NCBI GenBank assembly: GCA_013416795.1 | Contig: RQSC01000750.1 | Span: forward strand, 43,867-63,460 | DNA from: Prasinococcaceae sp. CCMP 1430 | Lineage: Eukaryota; Plantae; Prasinodermophyta | Direction: 5' to 3' | Length of the DNA stretch: 19,594 nt | Part shown: positions 8,410 through 16,545 of the stretch, piece after piece | Numbering within the stretch: position 1 is the stretch's first letter | How the letters are laid out: each line of letters opens with the position of its first letter | Notes under the pieces: model-generated | What the model was told of the DNA's origin: nothing | Database searches by the model: none | Seen by the model: the letters and a program-made list of their open reading frames with translations, nothing else | Translations under genes and position numbers: made by a program

Positions 8410-9864
8410 ATGGTGGTCGGGTACAGGCTCACGAAGAAGAAGACCAAGTCCTTTCTCAAGGGGGAGCTGCTCGAGGTGGCGAGGTGCGTGCGAGCGGCGG
8501 CGCGAGCGCGGCTGCAGCAAAGAATCGTGTGCTGCCGGTTCGTTCCGCCCTGCAGTCCTGTTTCCCCGCCCCCTCTTGTGGGGCTGCGTGCGAGCGCCGG
8601 GTGTCTGGCGGGCGCCCCGGGAGGCGCGACGCCACGCGCGCTCTTGCAAGGCGACGCGCGCAGCGCGCCTGGCAGCTTTGCCCCTCGCACGTGTCGCGAG
8701 CGCCGCCCGCCGCCCGCAGCTGCTCGCTGTGGTATGCTGCTGTGCTTGTGCGGCGGCGCGTGCGTCGCATCCTCGCGCTGCCACCACGCGCCGCCGCTGA
8801 CACCAGCACGAGCCGGCGCGCCCTCGCGCAGATCGCGCGGCATCGAGTTCCGAGAGATCGACGAGTCTCTGCCGCTCTCCGCGCAGGGCCCCTTTGACGC
8901 AATCATTCACAAAGTGCGCGAAATCAATGGCACCTCCGTCGACGCGTGGGACAGCGAGCTCGAGGAGTTCATGCGACGGCACCCCGAGACGATCGTGGTT
9001 GACCACCCTGCGGCAATTCGAAGGCTATCGAATCGCGCGTCGATGCTGCAGGCGGTGCCGCACACGTTGGAGTTGCCGAAAGGCAGGGTGGCAATCCCGC
9101 GGCAATTGGTTGTCCGTGACACTGGGAGCGAAACGATCCCGGAAATGGTCGCACGAGCGGGCTTGAGCCTGCCCCTCGTAGCGAAGCCGCTACTCGTGGA
9201 CGGCTCCATCTCTAGCCATCGACTGGCGCTCGTGACTGAGGAGCGGGGCCTGCAGGCGCTGCAGACGCCCCTCGTGTTGCAGGAATTTGTCAACCATGGC
9301 GGCGTGCTCTTCAAGGTCAACGTGGTGGGCGAGTCGGTGACGGTAGTCAAACGCAGCTCGCTCCCGGACTGGAGCGGCGATGGCGAGCAGGGCAGCGAAG
9401 ACGACCTCGACGAGGTGACCGATAGCGACGCGGAGACACCCAGTGTGCTTTCCCCGGAGAGCTGCGAGCGAGACGGGCGTGACGGAGTGCGCCTATTCGA
9501 GCGCGTGTCCTCAGCCAAGTACTCGGACCTCCAGCAGAGGAACGGTGCCCTCCCGAGGGCGGAAGCACCGCCCGAGGGGCTGATCGCTGAGCTCTCTCAA
9601 GAGCTCACCTCACGCCTCGGTCTCCAGCTCTTCAACTTTGACCTGATCCGCGACTCGGAGGACCCGGACAACTACTACGTGATCGACATTAATTACTTTC
9701 CGGGCTTCGCCAAGATGCCCGAATACGAGGCCATCTTCACCGATTTTCTGCTGAACCTTCGAAAGCCGAGCGAGCGAGCGGGCCACCGCCTCTCCTCGTC
9801 CGCGCTCGCAGCGGGTTTTCGAAAGGAAGGCTGCGGCATCGAGGAACGCAGCGTCTGCGCCTGA
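8410..9864 (+). CDS. ITPK1: Inositol-tetrakisphosphate 1-kinase / Ins(1,3,4)P3 5/6-kinase; exons 8410-8483 and 8832-9864 (368 aa)
   Basis: VVGYRLTKKKTKSF, QGPFDAIIHK, PLVAKPL, LQEFVNHGGVLFKV, KRSSLPD, LFNFDLI and VIDINYFPG motifs of plant-type ITPK. Confidence 0.93.
   Translation: MVVGYRLTKKKTKSFLKGELLEVARCVRAAARARLQQRIVCCRFVPPCSPVSPPPLVGLRASAGCLAGAPGGATPRALLQGDARSAPGSFAPRTCRERRPPPAAARCGMLLCLCGGACVASSRCHHAPPLTPARAGAPSRRSRGIEFREIDESLPLSAQGPFDAIIHKVREINGTSVDAWDSELEEFMRRHPETIVVDHPAAIRRLSNRASMLQAVPHTLELPKGRVAIPRQLVVRDTGSETIPEMVARAGLSLPLVAKPLLVDGSISSHRLALVTEERGLQALQTPLVLQEFVNHGGVLFKVNVVGESVTVVKRSSLPDWSGDGEQGSEDDLDEVTDSDAETPSVLSPESCERDGRDGVRLFERVSSAKYSDLQQRNGALPRAEAPPEGLIAELSQELTSRLGLQLFNFDLIRDSEDPDNYYVIDINYFPGFAKMPEYEAIFTDFLLNLRKPSERAGHRLSSSALAAGFRKEGCGIEERSVCA
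8484..8831 (+). other. Spliceosomal intron in ITPK1 (348 nt, phase 2)
   Basis: AG|GTGCGT donor, GCTGAC branch-like site near 8797 and CGCAG acceptor. Splicing joins EVAR to SRGIEF as expected for the family. Confidence 0.85.
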
Positions 9865-10060
9865 GTCGTCCAGGACCAGGCAGAGCGTGCGTCCATGTCC
9901 GCAGCCAAGACAGCGCATCCCGCAGCCGAGCCCAACCCCGTGGAGCGCTCGTAGCGCAGCATCGACCCTAGAGCGAGACGTAGTGTCTGCCGAGCGCCGC
10001 GGGGTAGGGGCAGTTCCTACCGTAGGTGTCTTCGAGCCGCGCATATAACGTGGATCTGCC

Positions 10061-10065
10061 TTACA
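10061..10065 (-). terminator. TGTAA polyadenylation-signal candidate
   Basis: TTACA on the plus strand, about 60 nt past the stop of the 10123-10428 gene. TGTAA is the chlorophyte-type signal. Confidence 0.4.
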
Positions 10066-10122
10066 CATGCATGTACACACGCCGCTGCCAATGTCGAAAG
10101 CCTATTGCCGCGTGAGATCTCG

Positions 10123-10428
10123 CTAGATAGTCTCGTCGCCAGCTGGCCGCAGCTGGTGCGCGACGTAGAGCGTCTCGTCGCCAGCTGGCCGCACCTGGCG
10201 CTCGACGTGCGCTCGCGAGTCCGCCTCAGCCTTGCGCGCCTGCGTGAGCCCGTCGGCGACGAAGAGCATGCTGCCCATGACGAATGCTGCATTGCCGGCG
10301 TGCGTAGCCCTCACGGCGGTGTCGACGTCACCCGAGGCGCTGGCAGTGGTGAAGGCAACGCTGCCGAAGAGGTACAAGAAACTTCCCACCAGGTACGGCG
10401 AGCGCAGCAGCGTCGATATGCTCACCAT
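10123..10428 (-). CDS. Small two-TM membrane protein, YrhK-like
   Basis: 101 aa with YLVGSFLYLFGSVAF and GNAAFVMGSMLF, resembling the GSxxFxxGS pattern of YrhK domains; downstream TGTAA. Confidence 0.65.
   Translation of the reverse strand: MVSISTLLRSPYLVGSFLYLFGSVAFTTASASGDVDTAVRATHAGNAAFVMGSMLFVADGLTQARKAEADSRAHVERQVRPAGDETLYVAHQLRPAGDETI
10130..10213 (-). repeat. 42-bp tandem duplication (QxRPAGDET x2)
   Basis: GTCTCGTCGCCAGCTGGCCGCA at 10130 and 10172. Confidence 0.85.
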
Positions 10429-10789
10429 TACCGCACACGAGCAACGCGCTGAGCGTTTGCGTCCCAGAGTAACGTGCGTGCGCCTCCACGAGCACTGCCA
10501 GCCCGTGTGCGTACGCTACCGCCGCTAGGCCACGCCGTCGTCGTCACCTCCTCCCCCCTTCTCTCCTTCCCCTTTTCCTCCTCTCCACCTACGCCACCGA
10601 CGCGCGCACCGCCCGAGGAGCCCCGAGCCGGGGCTCGGAGCCCCCCGCGTGCCCGCGCGCACGCAGCTGCGCGCTCTCCAGCCCTCGTGCGCGCGACGCA
10701 GGGTGTGGCGCCGCCCGCGTCCGCGCCCGCACGAAACCCGCTCGCAGCGGGAGCCGCCGCGCCAACGCTCTGGAGCGCGGCGCGGCGCG

Positions 10790-12262
10790 ATGCCCACCAT
10801 GCGTGGGCTCTTCACCGGGCGCACGGCGCCGGAGACGGGGCTGGAGCCGGAGCCGGCAGGGGCCGGCGGGGCGAGCGGCGGCAAGGCGAGCGAGTATCGC
10901 GAGCGCGCAGAGGAGCGCAGGCGGCAAGCCGCGGAGCGCCGCGCCGAGGCCTCCGACGAGAGGCGCGCGCGAGTGCAGGAGCGCAAGCGGCAATACGCCG
11001 CGGCGAAAGCGCACAGGAATGGCGCGGTTCGAGCGCAGCAGGTGTCCGCCACACCCGAGCAAGGCGCCAAGCCGCGCGACAGCGCTGCGGCGGACGTCGC
11101 CGCGGAGCAGGTGCAGCGTGCCGTGGAAGGGAGGAAGGGTGCGGCAGATGCAAGTGGCACGTCTCCCGCCGCGCGGAAGTCGAAGCAGCACGCTGCGAAT
11201 GGCAGTGGCAAGCGCGAACGCGCCGTGGAGCGCGCACGCCGAGAGGCAAGGAGCACAGCGATGGCCGAGAAGGAGCTTGCTGCGCTCATGGGAGGCGAGG
11301 TGGAGAGTGAGCAGGACGAAGCGGAGGCGCTCGAGCGTGCCTTGACAGAGATGAGCGACGACGACAGCGATCTCGCCCGGCCTGGCGCACCTCGCGACGA
11401 TATTGAGGCTCTGATGGAGACTCTTAAAGCGATGGGCGATGACGATGCAGACCGCGACCTGCTAGCCGAGATCAATGCCATTCCGGACGAGGACGAGGCC
11501 GCCCAACTAGAGCGTGAGCTCCGAGGCGACGCAGCCGCGAGTCCTGCCTCCGTTGCCGAGCTCGAAGGCCGCGAAAAGGAGGCTAAGGCCGCTGCGCTTA
11601 GCGCGAAGCGCAGTGGTGACATGGACGCCGCACGGGTCGCATTGCGTGAGCTCAAGCTTGTGCGCGCGCAACTCGAGGAGGCCAGGCGAGCGGCGACCGA
11701 GTCCGCCGACGCCGAAGTGGCGCTTGCGGAGGAGGCCGAGGCCACCAAGCGCGCCGCGGTCGAGCACAAGCGCGCCGGGCGCCTGGACGAGGCCAAAGGG
11801 GCCCTGCGGCGCTACAAGCAGCTGAAAGCAGCGCTTGACGCGCAGTCCAGCAGCGGTGCCGCGGTGCCGCAGAGCGCTGGTGCCGTTGAGCTCTCAGCGC
11901 CTCTGCAAGATAGGAACGGCACGGAGGCACCTGACGCGGCGAGCAGCACCGAGCTGGGAGCTTTGGCCGGGCCCGATCCCGCCGTACTCCACCAGCGTGC
12001 GCTGCGCCGTGCAGCCGCGGCGGCATCACTTGCACGCAAGGACGCGCTCGAGCACAGGCGAGCGGGTCGCATGGTCGAGGCCCGGGCAGCTTTGGAGCGG
12101 TTCAAGACGCTCAGGGCGCATGCGGAGGGACTCGAGAGGGGGGACGAGCCTGTGGCTTCTGAGCCTGTCTCTCGGCAACGCACGCTTGTGGACGACCCGC
12201 AGGCGGCCCTCTCTGAGGCTCGCAGAGCCGCGCAGACAGCCGATGCGGCGCTCGGCTTCTGA
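10790..12262 (+). CDS. Helical protein with three DM14-like repeats (CC2D1/Lgd-type), no C2 domain seen
   Basis: AALSAKRSGDMDAARVALRELK, AAVEHKRAGRLDEAKGALRRYK and DALEHRRAGRMVEARAALERFK. Start is ATG 10790 or 10799 (CCACCATG). TGTAA at 12279-12283. Confidence 0.75.
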   Translation: MPTMRGLFTGRTAPETGLEPEPAGAGGASGGKASEYRERAEERRRQAAERRAEASDERRARVQERKRQYAAAKAHRNGAVRAQQVSATPEQGAKPRDSAAADVAAEQVQRAVEGRKGAADASGTSPAARKSKQHAANGSGKRERAVERARREARSTAMAEKELAALMGGEVESEQDEAEALERALTEMSDDDSDLARPGAPRDDIEALMETLKAMGDDDADRDLLAEINAIPDEDEAAQLERELRGDAAASPASVAELEGREKEAKAAALSAKRSGDMDAARVALRELKLVRAQLEEARRAATESADAEVALAEEAEATKRAAVEHKRAGRLDEAKGALRRYKQLKAALDAQSSSGAAVPQSAGAVELSAPLQDRNGTEAPDAASSTELGALAGPDPAVLHQRALRRAAAAASLARKDALEHRRAGRMVEARAALERFKTLRAHAEGLERGDEPVASEPVSRQRTLVDDPQAALSEARRAAQTADAALGF

Positions 12263-12530
12263 CACGTGTATCAATGTATGTAAAACTAGTGTGCAGTGCC
12301 CCCCTCGCCCCGAGCGCGCGCGTTAAGACGACTGAACATGCACGCACAGCGAGCCTGAGGCGACGACGTCTTGAAAAGTGGGCACAAGGCGGAGCTCGCA
12401 AAATTCACCACTTCTTACTGTGCGTCCTGTCCGTCTCCGTCGCTCGACAGACGTAACGGCGGGGCTCGGCGCGTGTTGAATCAGGTCGCCCCTCTGTCGC
12501 TCTCCACAGTCGGCTTCGCACCGGCCTGCC

Positions 12531-15056
12531 TTACGCGCCTCTTGGCGCGTGGCAGCGGTAGCACTCGGAGCGGGAGGCAAAGTTTGAAAAACCGCAGTCG
12601 TGGCAGTCCCAGTCACCGCCACTGCTGCCGGAGCGGTCACCGCCGTAGCGATCGCCGCGCGACGAAGACGATGCCGCGCCTTCCCTGCTATAGCGGCTCG
12701 CCCTGGCCGACGGGTCGTACTCGCCCGATGGCCTGCTCCAGTCGTCACCTGCGCCGCCGTAGCGATCGCCACGCGACGATGACGATGCCGCGCCTTCCCT
12801 GCTGTAGCGGCTCGCCCTGGCCGACGGGTCGTACCTGTCGCGCGATGGCCTGCTCCAGTCGTCACCTCCGCCGCCGTAGCGATCGCCACGCGACGATGAC
12901 GATGCCGCGTATCTGTCGCGCGACGGCTTGCTCCAGTTGTCATCGTCACCAGACACCCAGCCACTGCCGGGTTTGGCCGCGCCGCATGAGAAGCACTCGT
13001 GGCGCGAGGCGAAGTTGCCCTCGAAGCCACACGAAGGGCAGTCCCAGTCCCCGTCGCGCCTGTTCGCGTTGCGGTCGTTGCGCTCATAGCGACCGTTGCG
13101 GCCGAAGCTGCGCTGACTCGCCCCACCGACTCCCTCCGGCCGCTCCGCGCCGCATGAGAAGCACTCGTGGCGCGAGGCGAAGTTGCCCTCGAAGCCACAC
13201 GAAGGGCAGTCCCAGTCCCCGTCGCGCCTGTTCGCGTTGCGGTCGTTGCGCTCATAGCGACCGTTGCGGCCGAAGCTGCGCTGACTCGCCCCACCGACTC
13301 CCTCCGGCCGCTCCGCGCCGCATGAGAAGCACTCGTGGCGTGAGGCGAAGTTGCCCATGAAGCCGCACGCCTCGCAATCCCAATCACCATCCCTGCGGTT
13401 CGAATCATTGTACGTGTACGCGGTACCGTCCCTGCGCCGCTGCTCGCCCGCGCCGGCAGGCGCCGGGGTGCCGCACTGCTTGCACTCGGTGCGCGAAGCG
13501 AAGTTGGAAAAGCCGCAGCCCGGGCACTCCCAGTCGCCAGGCTTGCTGTTGAAGCGCGCGTTTTTGTCCCCGCCGCCCGCACGCGGGTTGGGGTTGGGCG
13601 TCTGGCACTGCATGCATACGGCGCGCGACGCGAAGTTGTTAAAGCCGCAGCCCGGGCATTCCCAGTCGCCATCGCGCACGTCGTGCCTCGAGTCCTCCTG
13701 ACGCCAGGGGCGGCCCTTGTCGTCGCGCCAGCCGCTGAAGGCCGGGCGCTCACCCATGCCACACCTGTAGCAGAACTCGCGCGAGCCGTAGTTGTGGTAG
13801 TTGCACTCAGAGCACTTCCAGTCACCGTCGCGCACGCCCGTGTCCTTCGGTGGATTCGCCCACACCGGGCTGCCGCCCATGGCCTTGGCCTTGGCATGGT
13901 TGTGCGGCGGGCGCTTGAAGACGCCGGGCGCAACAGCGACGAGGCGGGCCGCAGCGGCGTCCGTCGCGGCAACGCGCGCGGCGCCTAGCGCCTCGCGCAG
14001 GTCGTCCTCGTCCTCGATGCTGGCTGCGTCGTCCCCCGAGACAAGGAGCACGCTGCGAGTGACGGTGTCCGCCACGAGGTGCAGGTCCGCCCCCATAGTG
14101 CCCTTGGCGGAATTCGCCAGCTCGGGCGAGGTCGAAAGCGCCATCAGCACGTAGAGCAGGCCGCGCAGCGAGAGCAATGACCCATCGCCCTCGTCGTGCA
14201 CATACTGGTTCAGCAGCCAACCGGCGTTCATGCACGCGCCGCGTGGGCGCGGCGGGCCCGCGCCTGTCCAGCGCATGCCCAGCGGCTTGGCGGAGTGGTC
14301 GGCCGAGCCCGTCGTTGGCACCTCGTCTTCTGCACCTTCCGATTCGCCATCGTCACCGCTGTCGCCGTGCATGGGGGCGCCATCGGCTCCAGCGTCGACG
14401 CCGTCGGCCGAGAACTCGTGGTAGTGCTCCCGCAGCGCTTCGGCCGCCGCACTCGCGTACTCGGCGTAGAAGTCGTCGAGGTCGTGTTCGCGCAGCCAGT
14501 CGGTATCCTTAGCAAACGCGTGCACCGTACCCGAACCGAGCGCGCCAAGCCAGCCCGTGGGTAGCTGCAGCGGCACCTCGTCGGAGGCGTTCTCGCCGTC
14601 CACCACATGCTTGCCCCCAGCAACGTGCGCGTAGTCCTTGAGAGCGCGCCGCACCGGCCCGAGGTCAGCAGCGAACGCCTCGCCGGCAGCCCACCCCTGC
14701 CAGTCGGCGGGCAGCTGCTCGGGGCCGCCGTCCTGCGCGCCATTCACGGCCGCCCCCGCTGCCGCGCGGCGGCAAAGCAGGGCGAAGCTCGCCCCCAGGC
14801 TCGCCTCGTCCTCGCCCTGCCCTCCGATGCTTTCGCTCTCCCCCTCGCCAGCCACCGCCGCCGCCGCCGCTGAGCGGCTGCACGGCCGCGCGGCCACAGC
14901 ACGGCGGGTCCGGCACCATCGAGTTGTCCACGACCAGGTGGTCCACACGCGCGCGCCACGGCGCGCGCGCGCGCGCGGCGCCCGCGTTTTTTTTTTGTTG
15001 GTCCGTGCATCAGAGCGCGCTGCCGCGTTCGCGCTCCCGCCGCGGCCCCCTCCCAT
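12531..15056 (-). CDS. RanBP2-type zinc-finger RNA-binding protein (seven fingers), possibly organelle-targeted
   Basis: Seven GDWxCxxC...NF/YxxRxxCxxC motifs and RG/RS-rich linkers. The N-terminus is R/A/S/T-rich. The only in-frame ATG upstream of the acidic region is 15056; start uncertain. Confidence 0.85.
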   Translation of the reverse strand: MGGGRGGSANAAARSDARTNKKKTRAPRARARRGARVWTTWSWTTRWCRTRRAVAARPCSRSAAAAAVAGEGESESIGGQGEDEASLGASFALLCRRAAAGAAVNGAQDGGPEQLPADWQGWAAGEAFAADLGPVRRALKDYAHVAGGKHVVDGENASDEVPLQLPTGWLGALGSGTVHAFAKDTDWLREHDLDDFYAEYASAAAEALREHYHEFSADGVDAGADGAPMHGDSGDDGESEGAEDEVPTTGSADHSAKPLGMRWTGAGPPRPRGACMNAGWLLNQYVHDEGDGSLLSLRGLLYVLMALSTSPELANSAKGTMGADLHLVADTVTRSVLLVSGDDAASIEDEDDLREALGAARVAATDAAAARLVAVAPGVFKRPPHNHAKAKAMGGSPVWANPPKDTGVRDGDWKCSECNYHNYGSREFCYRCGMGERPAFSGWRDDKGRPWRQEDSRHDVRDGDWECPGCGFNNFASRAVCMQCQTPNPNPRAGGGDKNARFNSKPGDWECPGCGFSNFASRTECKQCGTPAPAGAGEQRRRDGTAYTYNDSNRRDGDWDCEACGFMGNFASRHECFSCGAERPEGVGGASQRSFGRNGRYERNDRNANRRDGDWDCPSCGFEGNFASRHECFSCGAERPEGVGGASQRSFGRNGRYERNDRNANRRDGDWDCPSCGFEGNFASRHECFSCGAAKPGSGWVSGDDDNWSKPSRDRYAASSSSRGDRYGGGGDDWSRPSRDRYDPSARASRYSREGAASSSSRGDRYGGAGDDWSRPSGEYDPSARASRYSREGAASSSSRGDRYGGDRSGSSGGDWDCHDCGFSNFASRSECYRCHAPRGA
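12641..12910 (-). repeat. 114/117-bp coding repeat (SSSSRGDRYGG..DDWSRPS..YDPSARASRYSREGAA)
   Basis: CGCCGTAGCGATCGCC recurs at 12641, 12755 and 12872. Confidence 0.9.
12978..13356 (-). repeat. 168-bp (56-aa) tandem duplication of a zinc finger plus linker
   Basis: CATGAGAAGCACTCGTGG at 12985, 13153 and 13321; the units are essentially identical. Confidence 0.95.
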
Positions 15057-15174
15057 CAAAACGCATCCAATCTGCGGCGGCGATCGGCATTCCGCCGACT
15101 ATTCGAGCGCCCGCCTTCAAACGCGCGGCCCGGCCGCTGCGCGCCGCCTCACCCCCAACACCCGCGCCTGAATC

Positions 15175-15391
15175 TGAGCTTATATAGATGTATTTTGACG
15201 TGTGATATAAACCTTACCTACGGTGTGACCCTAAATAGATGAGGGCAGCGTGATCCGCGCGCGCGCGTACGCGCGCCGATAAAAAAAAAAGGTTCTCGAT
15301 GGTTCTCGACGTCGTGCGCGCTTCGCCTTCCCCTCCCCCCCCTTTTTTTTTTTTTTTGGTCTCCCTTGCCGCCCCGCGCTCACCCCACGTG
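15175..15391. promoter_or_regulatory. Candidate divergent promoter
   Basis: TATATAA on the minus strand (15186-15180), TATAAA on plus (15206-15211), A and T tracts, GGTTCTCGA direct repeat 15291/15301, and G-box CACGTG 15386-15391. Confidence 0.45.
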
Positions 15392-15861
15392 GCCATCACC
15401 ATCAATCAAGAAATCACGCATCATCAGCAGACAAATCCGCGCCGGTCAGGCAGGCAGAGCCAGCCACTCGCCCGCCCCCGCGCTTGATCGATTCCCATCA
15501 TTGTTCGGCGCGTCCAACGGTCGCGGTGGACGCGGCCGCCCCGGAAAAAGATCCGGGACGCGCGGCCCCACCTCATCGCGCGTCTCCGGCCCTGCGCGGC
15601 GCTTCGTCTCGCGAGCGAGCCACCTGGCATCTGTTTGTCTGTCTGTCTCCCCACGCCGGCAGGTCATCAGTCAGTCAGCGCCTGCCTGGCTGGCTGGTAC
15701 GACGAGCGCGTTGTTTTCCTGCTGCTCTGCTGCAGCTGCTGGTTCGCCGCGTGGGCGTGTTTCGATCCGAAGGACGGGAGGCTCACCCCTCGCTTCGCTC
15801 AATCAACGAGTCGCGAGGGGTGTGTTTTGATTGATGGGTCGCGAAGGCGGGAAATGATGGT
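15392..15861 (+). ncRNA. Candidate highly structured RNA (ncRNA or structured 5' leader), family unassigned
   Basis: Terminal helices 15399-15409/15827-15837 (11 bp) and 15392-15398/15855-15861. Internal helix 15442-15455/15680-15693. Hairpins at 15509-15534, 15540-15557, 15558-15583 and 15784-15822. Confidence 0.45.
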
Positions 15862-16391
15862 GTCTGTTCGTGAGTGCCGAGCGGGCGCGCCGGCAGGCGT
15901 TTTCGAATCGCCCTGACTCTTATCCCGCGCGCAATCCCGGTGGCGGGCGGGGCCCCGCCGGCGCCAGGATCGGATCCTTCTTCGCCACGCGGGCGCGCGC
16001 GCGCCCCGACCCCGGGAATTGAGGTTTGGAACTGGGTTCGTGTTTAGGGTAGGGTCCATATTTGGAGCACATCATATAACCCTTCAATTTTTCCTACCCA
16101 AAACGCGCGCCCGTGAGCCTATGCGAGCAGATGTTCCATGCAGTCGCCCGTGGGGAATGTAGACTTCAAATAAGATGTATAATCGAGGGGATGCACGCCC
16201 GAACCCAAACCTGCGCGGCGCGGCCGCGGGCGGGAAAACGGGCGCGCGCGACCCCAAACCTTCGGCCGAAATCCGGGGGCCGCCGGCGCGCGCGCGCGCG
16301 TCCCGCGCGCCGATTCCACGTCAGAATGCGAGGGTGAAGCCGTTTGGGTAAACCCTCTTATCGAATTGACCCCAAATGCGTCGGCGGGAAA
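15847..16391. promoter_or_regulatory. Three perfect E2F-type sites (GCGGGAAA = TTTCCCGC)
   Basis: Copies at 15847-15854, 16230-16237 and 16384-16391, all in the same orientation. Confidence 0.4.
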
Positions 16392-16545
16392 GCGCGCGCG
16401 CGCGCGCGCGCGCGCGCGCTTGCTCTGCTGCGCGCAGGAGGGGCAGGGGCGCGCGTGGGAGCCCTGCTCCTCCCCGCCTGGGGCGGCCCGCCGGGCACGC
16501 GGCGTGGCACGCGGGGGGGCTGGAGGGGGGAGGGGGAGAGGGCAG

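Noticed and set aside
7822-9006. 799-aa ORF read as full-length sorting nexin
   Set aside because: The part upstream of 7821 is intron/promoter and antisense to ITPK1 and lacks protein-like composition.
12978-13356. Repeat arrays as CRISPR or mobile elements
   Set aside because: In-frame coding duplications without unique spacers or cas genes, in a eukaryotic context.
15168-15240. CTTACCT as a U1 snRNA 5' end, or AG|GTAAGG as a short AT-rich intron on the minus strand
   Set aside because: No U1 stem-loops or Sm site follow; the region reads better as a TATA-containing promoter.
15421-15670. CTGATGA on the minus strand (15427-15421, 15670-15664) as hammerhead cores or C boxes
   Set aside because: No correctly placed GAAA and stem III, and no D box with a terminal stem at snoRNA distance.
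16040-16056. Telomerase RNA template or interstitial telomere array
   Set aside because: Only one full TTTAGGG unit, with no recognisable telomerase RNA context or tandem array.
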